Shown piece after piece: positions 42,538 to 56,800 of a stretch of DNA of 64,000 nucleotides. The DNA is from the human T2T-CHM13v2.0 reference genome, Homo sapiens. A program made the translations under genes and the position numbers. The notes beneath the pieces are model-generated. The model worked only from the letters and a program-made list of their open reading frames with translations, did not search any database and had not been told where the DNA came from. How positions within the stretch are numbered: position 1 is the first letter of the stretch; the number at the start of each line of letters is the position of its first letter. The stretch lies in assembly GCF_009914755.1 (NCBI RefSeq), contig NC_060925.1, one strand, 5' to 3'.

Positions 42538-42768
42538 TTAAATAAAATGATACAAGAAAGACAATACATATTTGAAGTTTTAAACCTCAGGGGGATTATA
42601 GAAATTTAAAAATAATCTTTTAATTTATAAACGTCAAATTAGGTCTGGAAAATTTTAGTCGCAGGATAAATAAGAGCAAATCCTGCTCTTTGTAGAATTT
42701 AGAATCTACAGTTTAAATTTTTTTAACACGATTTAAAATTACTCCAAAAAAAAAAAGTTTTCTCTTAC

Positions 42769-42831
42769 CATCTTTGGTGACATGTACAACAAATAACCCT
42801 TCTTCGTTTCCCAAAGCAATTCTTTCATGAT
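42769..42831 (-). CDS. CDC42BPA: CDC42BPA exon (63 nt): (D)HERIALGNEEGLFVVHVTKD, CNH domain
   Basis: catag|AT acceptor, ATG|GTAAGA donor. Confidence 0.96.
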
Positions 42832-43658
42832 CTATGTAAGACATGAATGTGAAAGATTTTTATTAGGAAAAAAACCATGTAATGCTAATAAACCAGATGA
42901 TAAGAACATTTGGTGCAAAAAATGGAAATAAAATGAATTACAATAACAGTTTACACTATTTCCTTTCAGATTATACTGGTAAATCTCTCATGTCTTCTAA
43001 AATAGAACAATTATTAAAGAATAATCCATATCAATACTTACAAAAAGAAGTAAATGTTTAATAAATGATGAAACAAAATGAAAAACCTAAGTTGTTCTAC
43101 ACTTATTGTTTTGGGAGGTAAAAATTGTGAATGGCATTTGAACCATACTCATTGAACTTTTCAGTATTTATGGAAAGTAACAAAAGAGTTAGATGCATAC
43201 ACAGGAATACAGCAAAAATTTAAACCTCCAGACACAGAAACTGCCATTTGTTAAGGGGATTTCTTTCTTATGCAGGGCACTCTGTGTTATGTATTCCATC
43301 TTATTTAAACTTCCCAATAACCTCAGCAAGGTAATTACCATCTGTATTTTATATATTAAACTCTAAGAAACTAACTTGTTCTAAATCACACAAGCAGAAA
43401 ATAGATTAGTAGGCTAATGCTTAGCACTGTTGTTTTTTCAGGAAAAAAAAGGCACTTTGAAAGTGTATTTATACTCCTGTTTACTGAAAAACAAAGATCT
43501 GATATAGGTCTCATTCATTCAGTAAACATGTACTGAGCATTTATGATATGATGCACAGTATGTTGGACACTGGGGATTCCTAGATGAAAGCCAATCCCTG
43601 TTCTCAAGGTAGATTAGTAAACAATGATAATAATATGATAAATGTTATAAATTCATAC

Positions 43659-43875
43659 CTATGATTGCGGCTGCCTGGGTTGTTTTAATGAGGGGTAGAG
43701 TGCTGTCATAAGCCTCTTTGGGAACATAGACTGAGCGGTCTCTGAATTTGTTTTTCTTCAAAATCTTGTGCAATTCACTCAGCACTCCCACCCACTTATT
43801 CTTCTCATTCTCAGTGTCTGCTAGCATCAGGATTGAACATTTGTTATTAGATGCTGAGAGCTGGGAAGCTGTGAC
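43659..43875 (-). CDS. CDC42BPA: CDC42BPA exon (217 nt): VTASQLSASNNKCSILMLADTENEKNKWVGVLSEL...TTQAAAII, PH end and CNH start
   Basis: ttctag|GTC acceptor, ATAG|GTATGA donor; overlaps ORF 43645..43827. Confidence 0.97.
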
Positions 43876-44849
43876 CTAGAACAATTTAATCAATATTCAT
43901 GATATTAGAAAACAGACACCCTTTATGCTAGTTTCATGATTATGTTAGTTTGCTTAGCACTCACCAATAAAATAAGCATTCATTAAATGATACCATTACT
44001 GGAGTTCAGCTATTCCTAATCAGAATAACTACCTTTAGCACTAGAATACATGACAAAGCAAAGGTGGCAGACACCATTTGAAATGTTAGTATCATTTTCA
44101 TTTTCCTTCTGTAAAAGTGCCAGAACACTATCACTAAAGAGGCATTAAATATATAACAACAACAACAACAACTGACATTTATTGAGTAAATACTGAGCAC
44201 CAGGTAGATCTAAGCACTTTACAAGTATTAACTCATTTAACTCTGTTAACATCGTCATGATTTAGGATGTACTGTCATTATATCCTTATTTTATATATGA
44301 AAAAAATGGTGATGCAAAGAAATTAAATCATTTCTCCAAGGACATACAACTACAAGTCTGGGATCTTGTGCCCATGCTCTTAAGCGCCACACCATACTGA
44401 CTTGTGACTTGTTTTAAGGTCAGAAGTGCTCAGAAATATATTCTCTGTTACTTCACAACAATAACTCGCATTATCATTAAGATTTGACCATTTAAATTAA
44501 TATTTAAATGAAGGTTTATCATTATACAAACAACACTATCAGAGCAGTTTTAAATTTTACCTATATGAATTCCTTATCATAAGTAAAGAATTCCTTATTA
44601 AGTAGCAGTGACAATAAACTCACACTATGAAAATCAGTTATAGATAAGTGGGCCTCTGTAGGCTCCCTTGGTGGCTGGGAGGAAAATAAATAGTTGTCAG
44701 TCTGGGAACTAAGAGACTAAGTATAATCTTTGCCTGACCTTCCTTAGATACAAGATTCATAGACAAATATAGGGAGATAGGCATAACAATTGGGCAGTAG
44801 TTTTTTTTTTTAACCTCTATTGTCTTAATTTACCCACTCAAGATTGCAT

Positions 44850-45340
44850 CGTGGCAAGGGCCTCCAAAGACGCCTACCAACAAGTCCTCCTAAGGAATTC
44901 CATTCTTCTCATCAAGAGGTGGAGTCTATTTCCCCTCCCCTTAAATCTGGGCTGACCTCATGACTTGCTTTGACCAACAGAATGCAGAAGGGTTATTATA
45001 CCTGTTTTGGGCCTAGTCCTCAAAGGGCCTGGCAGCTTATTTTGCTCTCTTAGAAGCCAGCCACTGGGAGCTCAGCCAGCCTACCTGACGACCAGAGACC
45101 ACATGGAGGGAGTTCACAAAGAGGAGAACTGAGATCACCCAGCTAACAGCCAGCACCCAGATGTAAGAGCAAGGTCATTAGATGTTCTGGTCCCAAATGA
45201 GCTGAATGCAGTCACATCAGTGACACTAGCGGACACCACAAGAACTGTACAGCTGGTCCACAGAATAGTGAAAAATAGTAAATCACTGTTGGTTTAAGCT
45301 ACTAAGTTTTGGAATGGCTGTTACAAAGCAGTAAGTAACA
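44850..45340 (+). mobile_element. MLT1-family solo LTR
   Basis: aagaggtggagtctatttcccct, ttgctttgaccaacagaatg, tttaagctactaagttttgg motifs. Confidence 0.75.
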
Positions 45341-45694
45341 AACGCATTAATTTTTCAAGACAGACATTTTTATTTTTTTAAAAACTTGAGAAACCTCACA
45401 CTTATCTAATTTTCCATGTGGTAGTATTTATTTAAAAATTGAATTGGAACTAAAAAATATTATCTACCAGGAAGCATATTTTATAAGCCATATATTGATG
45501 CTTTCTCCAGGTCTTTCACTAATTAAATACTTAGCACCAATTTTCTATACCTTCAAGTACTGGATGATATGGAATATATAAAAGAATATAAGATTTGGTT
45601 TTACTTATAGTGAATTTATGATTTATATAGGGAGGCAAAATATACTCATTAAAAACACATAATTCAGTGATCAAATTACAGCATACACACTTAC

Positions 45695-45776
45695 CCTAAA
45701 TATACAGGGTATATCTTTCCGACTTGCATGGATAACATCAGAAGCCAAGACTGAACTCACAGAAAATTCTTCATCC
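45695..45776 (-). CDS. CDC42BPA: CDC42BPA exon (82 nt): [29 protein letters not shown] domain
   Basis: ttcag|G acceptor, AGG|GTAAGT donor. Confidence 0.96.
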
Positions 45777-47015
45777 CTGAACGAAAAGCAAAGCATTAAA
45801 AGTTACTATATGTGGCTATGTGTGTGTGGTTTGGGGTGTGTATCCAAATAACACATACCCAAAGCTTAACTGCACCAAACACCCAAATTTAATTTTTTAA
45901 AAAAATTAATTTTCCCCCATTGTAATTAATAGTGCCCCAAATAATTTATCAAGAATAACTTCCTAGTGGCACATTATACAAGAGCTAGAAATCATTGCTG
46001 GCTTACCCACAGTCACAAGGCCAGTTAAGTATACACGTAGAACTGGGATTTGAACCCTGGTAGGTCTCTGGAGCCTCCAGTGGACCCTCTTGCCTCCCAT
46101 AATAAATCTTAAGTACCCTCAACCCAGCTCATGTTATATTTTATTGTTCCTTCAACATCTACAACGTATTTCCTCCACAATAATTTCTTGTGATTCCCTT
46201 AATTTTGTTGTTGGTACCATGACTCCCTTAGTCTTACAGGCTTGACACCTTAGTCCTATTTGTGATTCTTTTCCCTATCTATATTCAGTCCCTTAGTAGG
46301 TTCTATCAGATTTTTCTTGCCAATATTTCTTGCATCTATCCTGTCATGTTCCATATTTGTAGGGGAAGATAATGCGTTTGAGATGCCAATGTGAAGTGCC
46401 AATTTGAGTCACAGCTAGAAATTCCGGTTTTGAGCAATGGATGGATATATCTGAACTGGAGATACAAGTCTGGGAGTCATCAATGCAGAGGAGATGGCTG
46501 AAGCTGTGAGTAAATATGATCACTCAAGGATAGTGCCTGGAGTTAGGAGAAAAGGTAAAGGAGAGAGAACTAAGGAACACAGGAAGAATCTGAAAAATGA
46601 GACCAGAAGTGTTCAAGGGCTGTACTTACTTAAATGTTTACTGATTATGTTTTCCAGAAGCCTTTCTGATTTTTATTTTCTTTCCTCACATTGAAATTAT
46701 ACTCTAAGCCTTTAGGTGATGTGATAATATAAACTTCACATGGTAGGCCTCCATTACCCCATTTACACAGGTCTTTGGGACACCAACTTCTTTTTCCTTA
46801 ACTCCTAGCCCCTCACACTCAACACACATACCAACCTGTCCTATAAATACACCTTACTTCCTATTTTCAATTCTGTTTCTATAGCAATATTAGCAAATTA
46901 GAAAATACGAAATTAGTTCATTTAAATAAACCATGGCAACACAATTTTTGAAAATCAGAAACTTTAAAATTCCTATGTTGCAATGATACAAATAATTTTA
47001 CCTTCAAACTCTTAC

Positions 47016-47155
47016 CTCATGTCAATCACTTGACTAATGACAACACTGGGCTGAGATGCTTTTCCTTCAGCAATATCGTACAGAAAGAGTTTGAAGTCAC
47101 ACACTATAGCCAGTGCTCTCTGCCACCCTTTCTTCACTCCAGCTGGCTTAGGAAT
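47016..47155 (-). CDS. CDC42BPA: CDC42BPA exon (140 nt): [46 protein letters not shown](R), PH domain
   Basis: taag|ATT acceptor, AG|GTAAGA donor; KKGWQR PH motif. Confidence 0.96.
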
Positions 47156-47835
47156 CTTAGTTTTGTTTTAGACAGACAAACAAACAGCCAAAACAACTCA
47201 AATGAAAATATCCCTTAAATTACATATGTAATTGCATGGTGAAGACCTACAGATAATGTACACGTTTTATAAGTCTGCCATTCTGGTTGGTAAAGTAGCA
47301 GATGAGACACATATCATTAAGCTATGAGAAAATGTGAGAACACATTCTTCAAATACAGAATGACTTTTTATTCTGAGAAACATTTTAATGGTACCATTTT
47401 AACTTTCACTCATATTTCATTAAAATAACACTCATGGGTTTCTTTCTAAATAGCATAAAAGTCAAACTTGGTGTAAGATGAAGTTCAGCTTACATTGTAA
47501 ATACTACCCAAGATAACAAGACTATGCCTTAATAGCTCATAATTCATAACCATATGCCACCTCTCTTGCAAGAGCAGGGGCCACAAACTCCTTTATGAAG
47601 ATTTCATCACAAGATAGGAACAATATGGAAAAACTTGAGACATTTTATAACTTATTTCCATGTAAAAGCTAGGTTTTTGTTTGCAAATCATTATTCTAGA
47701 TGAAATAAAATTATTAGATGAATTTTATTCATTTAATTTTCCATCAAGAACTATCCTCTTAAACTAACTGGATTTGATTTTAATTCATTAATAAATCTTA
47801 AAGGATTAATCTAAACCCAACTTAATCATACTTAC

Positions 47836-47972
47836 CCTGACATGACCTTCATATGCTGTTCCTATTCCTTTCTGAGGATCTATACCCAGGGGACCTTTTG
47901 TCTGTTCAGGAGGAACTGGACAAGTGGTTGGAGCTTTGTTTACACAAGTTATATGGCATGAGAATCCACACA
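47836..47972 (-). CDS. CDC42BPA: CDC42BPA exon (137 nt): (V)[46 protein letters not shown]1 end and PH start
   Basis: aaag|TG acceptor, AGG|GTAAGT donor; completes C1 zinc ligands. Confidence 0.97.
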
Positions 47973-48659
47973 CTTTTAGAGGGAAAAAAGAAACGTTTGA
48001 TAAAAATTCATTTTAACAAAAAGAAAATTCGTAACACTCACTGCATACAAGATGCTATGTTAGATGAATGCTTATCTCCAATTTTATTTTAAATAACTGT
48101 TTTATCATTTGGGTAGCTGATTCATTTGCTTACCAATGACAATTTTAATGAGACATAGTAAATATTTAAAAAATTACTTGTATTACTGCTGTTCTGTATT
48201 GACATTAGTGATCAAAAAAAGAAGCAACAGACGAAGCATCTAACCTTGTGAATAAAATGATTGATTTAGATTTTCTAAAAGAGTGGTTTCTAGAGTTTTT
48301 TGCTCTTCATCCCACTGCAACTTGGTATCTGCCTTGAAATTTCTGTTGCAAGGGTCACTAGTGGGCATTAAGCTACCTGACATCTTCGGTTTGGCAAACT
48401 CTACCAATCCTTGAAAATGGAGTTTTTCAATGACTAAAAAAGTACAAGTTAAAGGTAAATTTTAGGAGTTATTATTACATATACTTAAACTACTACTAAA
48501 ATAACAATAGTTAACTTTATGGAGTGCTTTTTATTTTTCTATAACAATCTAAGAGAGGTACAGTTACCATCTCTATAAATGGACTACATATCACTGATGG
48601 ATACTGTGAAACCAGCAGAGAGGCAAGATGACAAAAATCATCCAAACATCTCAATGCAC

Positions 48660-48775
48660 TTTATTTATTTATTAAAGAGAAGGTCTTGCTATGTTGCCCA
48701 GGCTGGCCTCAAAATGATCCTCCTGTCTTAGCCTCCTGAGTAGTTGGGACTATAGGCATGAGTCATCACACACAA
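48660..48775 (-). mobile_element. Alu monomer (FLAM-like)
   Basis: Single degenerate Alu arm. Confidence 0.7.
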
Positions 48776-48786
48776 CTTCAATTCAC

Positions 48787-49094
48787 TTTTTTTTTTTTTT
48801 TTTTTTTTTTTGAGACGGAGTCTCGCTCTGTCGCCCAGGCTGGAGTGCGGTGGTGCAATCTCGGCTCACTGCAGGCTCCGCCCCCCGGGGTTCACGCCAT
48901 TCTCCTGCCTCAGCCTCCCAAGCAGCTGGGACTACAGGCGCCCGCCACCTTGCCCGGCTAATTTTCTGTATTTTTAGTAGAGACGGGGTTTCACCGTGTT
49001 AGCCAGGATGGTCTCGATCTCCTGACCTCGTGATCCGCCCGCCTGGGCCTCCCAAAGTGCTGAGATTACAGGCGTTGAGCCACCGCGCCCGGCC
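48787..49094 (-). mobile_element. AluY (CpG-rich, young)
   Basis: caccgtgttagccaggatggtctcgatc diagnostic; long poly(T); TSD ttcaattca(c/g)tttt. Confidence 0.95.
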
Positions 49095-50111
49095 TTCAAT
49101 TCAGTTTTAAGTGGAGTATCTAGCAAGTTATGATTTGTTTTACTTACAAGCAAAGGGCAGTGGAAGCAACAAAATAAGTATCCTATACTGGATCTAATTC
49201 CAACCAACCACAAGGAAAGGAACATGACAGGAATCTTTAGAAGCTGGAACCACATTATTACAACATTTACAAAAGCCTGGCAGACAAAGGCTAGGAACAG
49301 TCTCATGAGTCCCCATAGCTTCATAAAGTAGGCTTCAAAGGGTCTGAAGAAAAGATAGGCACAATTTCACAGCAAAAGACTCTAGAAGGGAAGAGAGTCT
49401 GAGAAGACCTCAAAAATTCCTACTATGAATTGCAAGTAATTGTGGTGCATAAAAAATGACATGGGACTTAAAGCCAGGTAGCTGGCCAGGATTCTTTCTG
49501 ATAAACAAATTTTAAAATGACATACCATTACTGGCTAAGTTCCAAAATGAAACAAAGCTTGAAAACTACAAATTTTCTCCTTCTTTGCCTTCAGTCACAC
49601 CTTCCTAGTCAACAATACAGGCGATTCCTTCTCAGGTTAACTTGGCTATCTTTTCCTGTTGCCTTCCCTTAACTATGTAAGAGACTCATGTACTTGCTCT
49701 CTTCTCAATCTACATGTACTTCCTGGATGTCATTCATGTTTATAACTTAATACACTCCTAGCTCTTAAATCTCTGCTTTCTTAACCCTGAACATTTTATT
49801 TGGCTTTAAACACACATATCTAATGGATTAGTTAAAATACTGCAATCTGGATCTTTCACTTTAGCTGTGAGAACTAACCAAACAGAATGCACTGCCTTAA
49901 GATGTTATTAATTTCCCTCTTACTCAAAGTACTCAGATACAGGCTAACTACAAGTCTATTATAAAGGAAACACATGCATCTGATGGGGATGGGCTACATT
50001 TCCTTTAAGGTCCCTTCCCATTCTAACAGCAGAAGAGACAGGAAATGGCAACTAGTATTAGAATTTGAGTTAGCAACTATTTTCTTGTCTTTTTCATAAG
50101 ATACATCAATA

Positions 50112-51756
50112 TGAGAGATCTTCAGAATGTTCATGGAAAATGCATATTATGGAAAAACTATGCATGGATTTAAAATTTTCTTTTGCACCAAAATAAATGC
50201 ATACTAACTTGTTATAATATGTCTGAAAAGGATCTAGTTTGAGGCACTAAGAAGAATGAGACATCAATTTGAAAAGAGCCCCTATCAGAACAACATGAAT
50301 TCTGCTAAAATTAAGTAAGAACAAATATAAAATTTACAATGAAGCTTGGGTGAAATCATTGATGCTTTACAAAAAGTTTATGGGGACAATGCCTGATATG
50401 GTTTGGCTGTGTTCCTACCCAAATCTCATCTTGAATTGTAGCTCCCATAATTCCCATGTGTCATGGGAGGGACACAGTGGGAGGTAATTGAATCATGGGG
50501 GCAGGTCTCTCTGTGCTGCTCTGGTGATAGTGATTAAGTCTCGTGAAATCTGATGGTTTTATAAAGGGGAGTTCCCCTGCACATGCTCTCTTGCCTGCCG
50601 ACATGTAAGACGTGACTTTGCTCCTCTTTCACCTTCCACCATGATTGTGAGGCCTCCCCAGTCATGTGGAACTGAGTCAATTAAACCTCTTTCCTTTATA
50701 AATTATGCAGTCTTGGGTATATCTTTATTAGCAATGTGAGAAGAGACAAATACAATGCCTTAAAGAAATCAGCAGTTTACAAATGGATAACTCATTTTAA
50801 GAAGGGATAAGATGATGTCAAAGATGAAACCTGCAGTAGCAAACCTTCCACATTAATTTGCCAGGGAAAAAATTAATCTTGTTCATGCTCTGTCTGAAGA
50901 GGACTGATGAATAACAGCACAAACAACAGCCAATACCACAGACATCTCAATTGGTTCAGCTTACACAATTCTGACCAAAAATGAATGCTGAGCAAACTTC
51001 CTACTTGTTGGGTGCCAAAACCACTGCACCCAGATCAGCTACAGAATGTTCAACGGAAATTTTAAACAAGTGGGATCAAGATCCTGAAGGATTTCTTTGA
51101 AGAACAGCAGCAGGAGATGCAACATGGCTTTACCAGTATGATCCTGAAGACAAAGCACAATCAAAGCAATGGCTACCAAGAGGTGGAAGTGGTCCAGTCA
51201 CAGCAAAAGTGGACCAGTCAAGAGCAAAGGTCATGGCAATAGTTTTTTGGGATGCTTGAGGCATTTTGCTTGTTGGCTTTCTAGAGAGCCAAACGATGAT
51301 AGCACCTGTTTATAATGAGAGTGTTTTGAGAAATATAGCCAAAGCTTTAGCAGAAAAACGCCTGGGAAAAGCTTCACCAGAGTCCTTCTTCACCATGACA
51401 ATGCTCCTCCTGCTCAGTCCTCTCATCAGACAACAGCAATTTTGTGAGTGTTTCCATGGGAAATCATTAGGCATCCACCTTACAGTCCTGATTTGGTTCC
51501 TTCTGACTTTTTTGTTTCTGAATTTCAAAAAGTCTTTAAGGGCACCCATCTTTCTTCAGTTAATAATGTAAAGGAGACTAGACTGACATGGTTACATTCT
51601 CAGGACCCTCTGTTCTTCAGGGATGGACTAAATGGGTGGTATAATTGCTTACAAAGTTGTCTTGAACTTAATGGAGCTTATGCTAAAAAAAAAGTTTATA
51701 TTGTTTATTTTTATTTTTAAATTCTACTTTTCCACAAGCTTTTTGAAGTCCCCTCA
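50112..51756 (+). mobile_element. HSMAR2 mariner, full length but decayed, interrupted by a THE1 LTR
   Basis: TA-flanked TIRs; transposase motifs WVPKPL, GDATW, HDNA, HPPYSPDL; ~1.28 kb without the LTR. Confidence 0.92.
50394..50754 (+). mobile_element. THE1 (B/C-like) solo LTR
   Basis: TGATATGGTTTGGCTGTG...AATACA, 361 bp; 5-bp TSD ATGCC. Confidence 0.93.
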
Positions 51757-52495
51757 TATAAGGTAGTGTTGTAATGACAAATTTCATTTGATTTTTTAAA
51801 AAAGTATTCTTCTGAAACATTTAAAAAAATATATGTTCCATTATAATTTAAACCATTTTCACTTCAGAGGTCCTAGGAAAAATAAAGGAATACCCAAACA
51901 AATATACTTTCTTTTCTGTTCACATGACCCCTGACCCTCTCTCCTTCATCACTCAGAATGTGCGCTCTATGAGGGTAGGATCTATGCCTTTCCCCTATCC
52001 ACTATTATGTCCCCAGTGCCTAGAAGTACAGTGGGTGTTCCATAAACATGTGATGAATAAATCATGGATGTTAGGGGAAAAAAAAAAACCTCTGCTATTA
52101 ATACAGGAATAAAATATCTTTCAGACATAGTGGCAGACATTTAATATTTCTGAAAAGGTTCCCACACTGTCTACTTTTTAATAACAATTTCTCTAATAAA
52201 TTAAACAAGGTTAAAATTCAATGAATTTTCTTCTGTCAGGTTAATGTTTTTTGGCAGGGACTACAAATTTAATAACAAAACAAAGACAAATGAACCATAT
52301 TTAAATATATTGCCCCTGAAAAATATGTCTAGTTTCTCGAACATTCAACAGACAACACAGATTATTTCCATTCCTGTTATGCAAAAAAGCAAATGATTAA
52401 GTAAAACAAACATTTATACACCTTTGAAAGAGAATCAACTTATTTGATTACAATTTAGATAGTGAAGTCACATTTTCTTTCCTTTGTGTTCTTAC

Positions 52496-52601
52496 CTTCA
52501 CATGAACAGCCCTGTCTTATTAAACCCACCATCAAGGAGGTACACTGATGACACTTGGTAGGAGTAGTAAAAGATTTTACAAAAAACTGGTGAGTCTTGC
52601 G
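52496..52601 (-). CDS. CDC42BPA: CDC42BPA exon (106 nt): [36 protein letters not shown]1 domain N-half
   Basis: tttgcag|CGC acceptor, GAAG|GTAAGA donor; H-x12-C-x2-C C1 pattern. Confidence 0.97.
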
Positions 52602-53514
52602 CTGCAAAACAAATTGATAAAAAAACACACAGATTGTTTAAAAGATTTCCATAATGTGAGTCCTTATGCCCCATACCACTTTCTAGAATGTTTTCTAAAT
52701 AGGAATAGAATGAATTATTTCCATTTCTCATTACATCTTCTTATAGTTTATGGTCTTTAAACATTTTTATTAGGTAATTTGAACTGGACTAAGCTAAAAT
52801 AATTAAGAAGTTAAATGATAATTGCTCTTCAATGCCATTTTAAAAGTATATAAAATAAACAATAGCTTTTTTGGGGGGCTCATAAATCTTAGCTTCAGAA
52901 TTTTAATAAATTATCCAAATTATTGTTCAGCAAATAGTTAAGTAAAATATTGCATATTTATACTGATACAAATATAGGATTTTAATATGCTTTATACCTT
53001 CTTAGGAAAAAGAGTTATTTAAAATTATTGTTTCTACTGTAAATCATGCATTTCTCTTTCTGGGACCAAGGACAAATAATATGCTTCACGAATCAGTTTC
53101 CTCCTATGGAAAGAGGCAGTATAACACTTGAGCAGATAAGAATACACAAATATTATTCCAGAGACAGATGGCAGATTGAAATTTCTTATTGAATACACCA
53201 TAGTTAAAGGTATCTTAGTCTTACCTGATTTACATGGTGGTAAGCAAATGTAGATTTTATCTCTTTGGAATATTCCTTTGTTTTCCAAATTAATTCTCTT
53301 AGCATGTTTTAACAATAAATGATGTATAATAAATAACCTTTCATTCTGTTGTGTGAACTTAGGAAAAAATTACTAAATTCCTCTCTGTCTCACTTTCCTT
53401 ATCTACAAAACAGGATAAATAATAGTATCTACCTAACGGAGTGGTTAAATGAGTATTAATATAAACAAAGCCTTTCAAACAGTACCTGGTACATACTAAG
53501 TACTCAAAAAAAAA

Positions 53515-53730
53515 TAATTTCAACTCTTATTTTAGATTTGTGGGTACACGTGCAGGTTTGTTACCTGAGTATATTATATGATGCTGAAGTTTAGGGCATG
53601 ACCGATCCATATTACCCAGGTACTGAGCACAGTACCCAATTTTTTAGCCCTGGCACCCCTCCCTCCTTCCCCTTCTCTAGTAGTCCCCAGAGTCTTTTGT
53701 TGCCATCTTTATGTCCATGGGTACCCAATG
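53515..53730 (-). mobile_element. Short L1P 3'-end fragment
   Basis: ggtacacgtgcaggtttgttac...ttgccatctttatgtccatg. Confidence 0.8.
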
Positions 53731-55438
53731 TTATTTGAATTTTGCTATTTTTTTCTCTTGTAAATGTGTGATTGATTTAAACTACTAAGAACTCTACTCC
53801 ATATTCTAATAAATTATGAATACTGATTTTAAAAGGTTATCAAGTAGCATTTATTTCAGTAGACACTAACATATGAACAAAAAACTAAAGGGAATATTTG
53901 AAGCTTTAAAATTCAAGTTAAAAATAAATCTTGTTCTTTTCAACTGGGATATATGATTTGTACACTACAAAAGAAATTAAAAAAATAGAAGTAGATTATC
54001 TTTTTACATAGAAAAACCTGACTACCAGCATTAGTCAGAGAATGGGGTGAGAGTCTCAAATTTAGAGTGGTCATGAGCTCTGGTCCAACCTCAAAGCATT
54101 GTGTTCTAGAAGTTCCTCACGATCTTTTGGTCAGTTTCAAAGCAGCACTAGGATTTGACTCTAAGTAGAACACAGTCTATCTTATTACTAACTCTGCAAC
54201 TGCTCCTATAGCTTCTGAGTCCCAGTCAGGGTACAGACACTGTACCAGTACTTTACATAATTCATCTTATTTCATGCAAATAACCACCTTGGAAAGATAG
54301 ATATTATTTCCTTATATGAAGGAATCTATTAAAATCATAAAATTTTGCTCTTTCTCCTGTATACTACTTTTTAATTTTTGGCTCTTTGAGAAACTATTAT
54401 GAGTAAATTTTCTAGTGCTAACTTTTTCAATTGTTCAAAATGCATTAATGCAAAAGACGTGAAGTTATTTTACTGGTTAGTCCTAGAGGCTTTGAATACA
54501 AAGAAGGAAAAATTAATCAACTGCTCTAAGTAGGTTCATGTTTTTCTTCTTCTAAACAGTAACAAGACATACCTGAAACAGTAGCAATGAAACAACTCTA
54601 GGGTTGACAAATTTATTAGTAATTCTCCATAATACCTCCCGAATTGCACATATACATATATGATATATATATATATATATCATACACTTCCTCTCCAGCA
54701 AGAGATCTATTCAGGATGTCACAATTCTGAGTATGACAGCAGGGAAAAATATAACAACCCAGTGTTTTGGCTGAGCATTAATTTTAGGTAATAAATCATC
54801 CAACTGGTAGGTGCTGGTTAAATTATAGGAGAGGTTGTGTAATCCACTACTAAAGATTAACGGGTTTATATTTCACTAATCTCCACTAAGGATAGTATAA
54901 CATAACATAATTAAAGATCGTTATTCTGAGGCCATCAATCTTTAGGTAATACACAATAGGATTTTGTTTTTGTTTTGGTGTGAAAATGTATAAAGAAAGA
55001 CACAGGAATGATCGATCTTAGAGTCTAGATTCCTTGGCTTCTAATATCCCTGTTTCCTGCCTCCTGGTCAATATTTGATATCTAATACTTCCCTTTGTGG
55101 ACAGCTGGAAGAAGAGAAAAAAATGAAAAGAAAAAAATCTAGTAAGAAAGGTATTAAAGTATGGACTAAAATTAGAATTTTAGATTATGTGATCATTTGG
55201 AGTAGAAAGAATTAACCATAACCTCAAATTTCAAAGTGGTGATTAGAAAGAGTTCTTTTCTACTCTGATTTTTTCTGTGTTGTAGATTTTAAGCTACACA
55301 TTGGAGAAAGTAAAATGTTTTTAATAGAAGATGTAAGAGCCAAGTAGAACCAAGTACAACTCTTGGTGAAAGCTTAAAAATTTACTGTAGATAATTAAAC
55401 TTTTACCACTAATAAATGACAAGTCAAAGAGTATCTCA

Positions 55439-55854
<416 letters not shown>

Positions 55855-55949
55855 TTATAGATTCACTTCTCTATCTTTTAAAAAACATGAAATAAATTTT
55901 ATTTCTTGGGGAGAAATATTAGGTGCAACAAACTAAGTTAATATTTAAT

Positions 55950-56800
55950 TCATAAAATAATATCAGCTTGATAGAAGCCTCACTCTAGTTTTATTTTGTC
56001 TTATTTTGCCTTTTCATCCTTGATGATCCAATACCTTGGACATGTATATATCTTTATAAATTAGATAGTCTGAGTATGTGTTTTTAATTTATATAAATGT
56101 GTTTCTGTTATATATCAATTACATTTTAGGAATCTTTCCCCTATTTCCAACTCCCTACTGCCATAAAAAATACAGTAATAAACATCTTCATCATGTTGCC
56201 TAATGAATCTGTATGGAGGTTTTTGTAAAGGAAAGAGATTTTTCTGATGAAATGAGATTGCTGAGTCATACAGCTTACGTATGACTCTACACTGTCTAGG
56301 TTCTCTCCAGAATGGCTGTACCCGTTTATACTTCCAGTATCCACGTGTGAAGCTGCCTGTTTCTCCACATCCATGACGTCATCTTACTTAATTTTATCTT
56401 GATTTTGAATAGAAAGTGATAGTAATTCTAAAATTAAATTTTAAAAATTTCTCCAATGATTAATGAAGTTGGACATTTCTTCACATGCTTGTTGACCATC
56501 AGGATTTCGTCTTCTGGGAATTATTTATATCACTTGCCAATCTTTCAATGGGATTTCTAGTCTTTTTCATATGGAGTTGCAGGAGTTTCTTATGTATTTT
56601 AGAAATAAGCCTCTTATTAGTGGTAAACATTGCAGATATCTTCCACTAGTCTGTCATCATCTGTTAACAATGCTTTCACTGTAAAAGCATTTTTAATTTT
56701 GATATAAAGCCCACGAATATTTTCACCTTATGCTTGTGATTTGAGATCTTATATTTATTCCCAGTCACAAAAAATTTTTCTACATTTTCTGTTTTAAATT
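55950..56800 (-). mobile_element. Old L1M fragment
   Basis: tttctccacatcc, gttggacatttcttcacatgcttgttgacc motifs. Confidence 0.65.

Noticed and set aside
53219-53250. CAG|GTAAGA donor or recursive-site lookalike
   Set aside because: No adequate pyrimidine tract or partner acceptor
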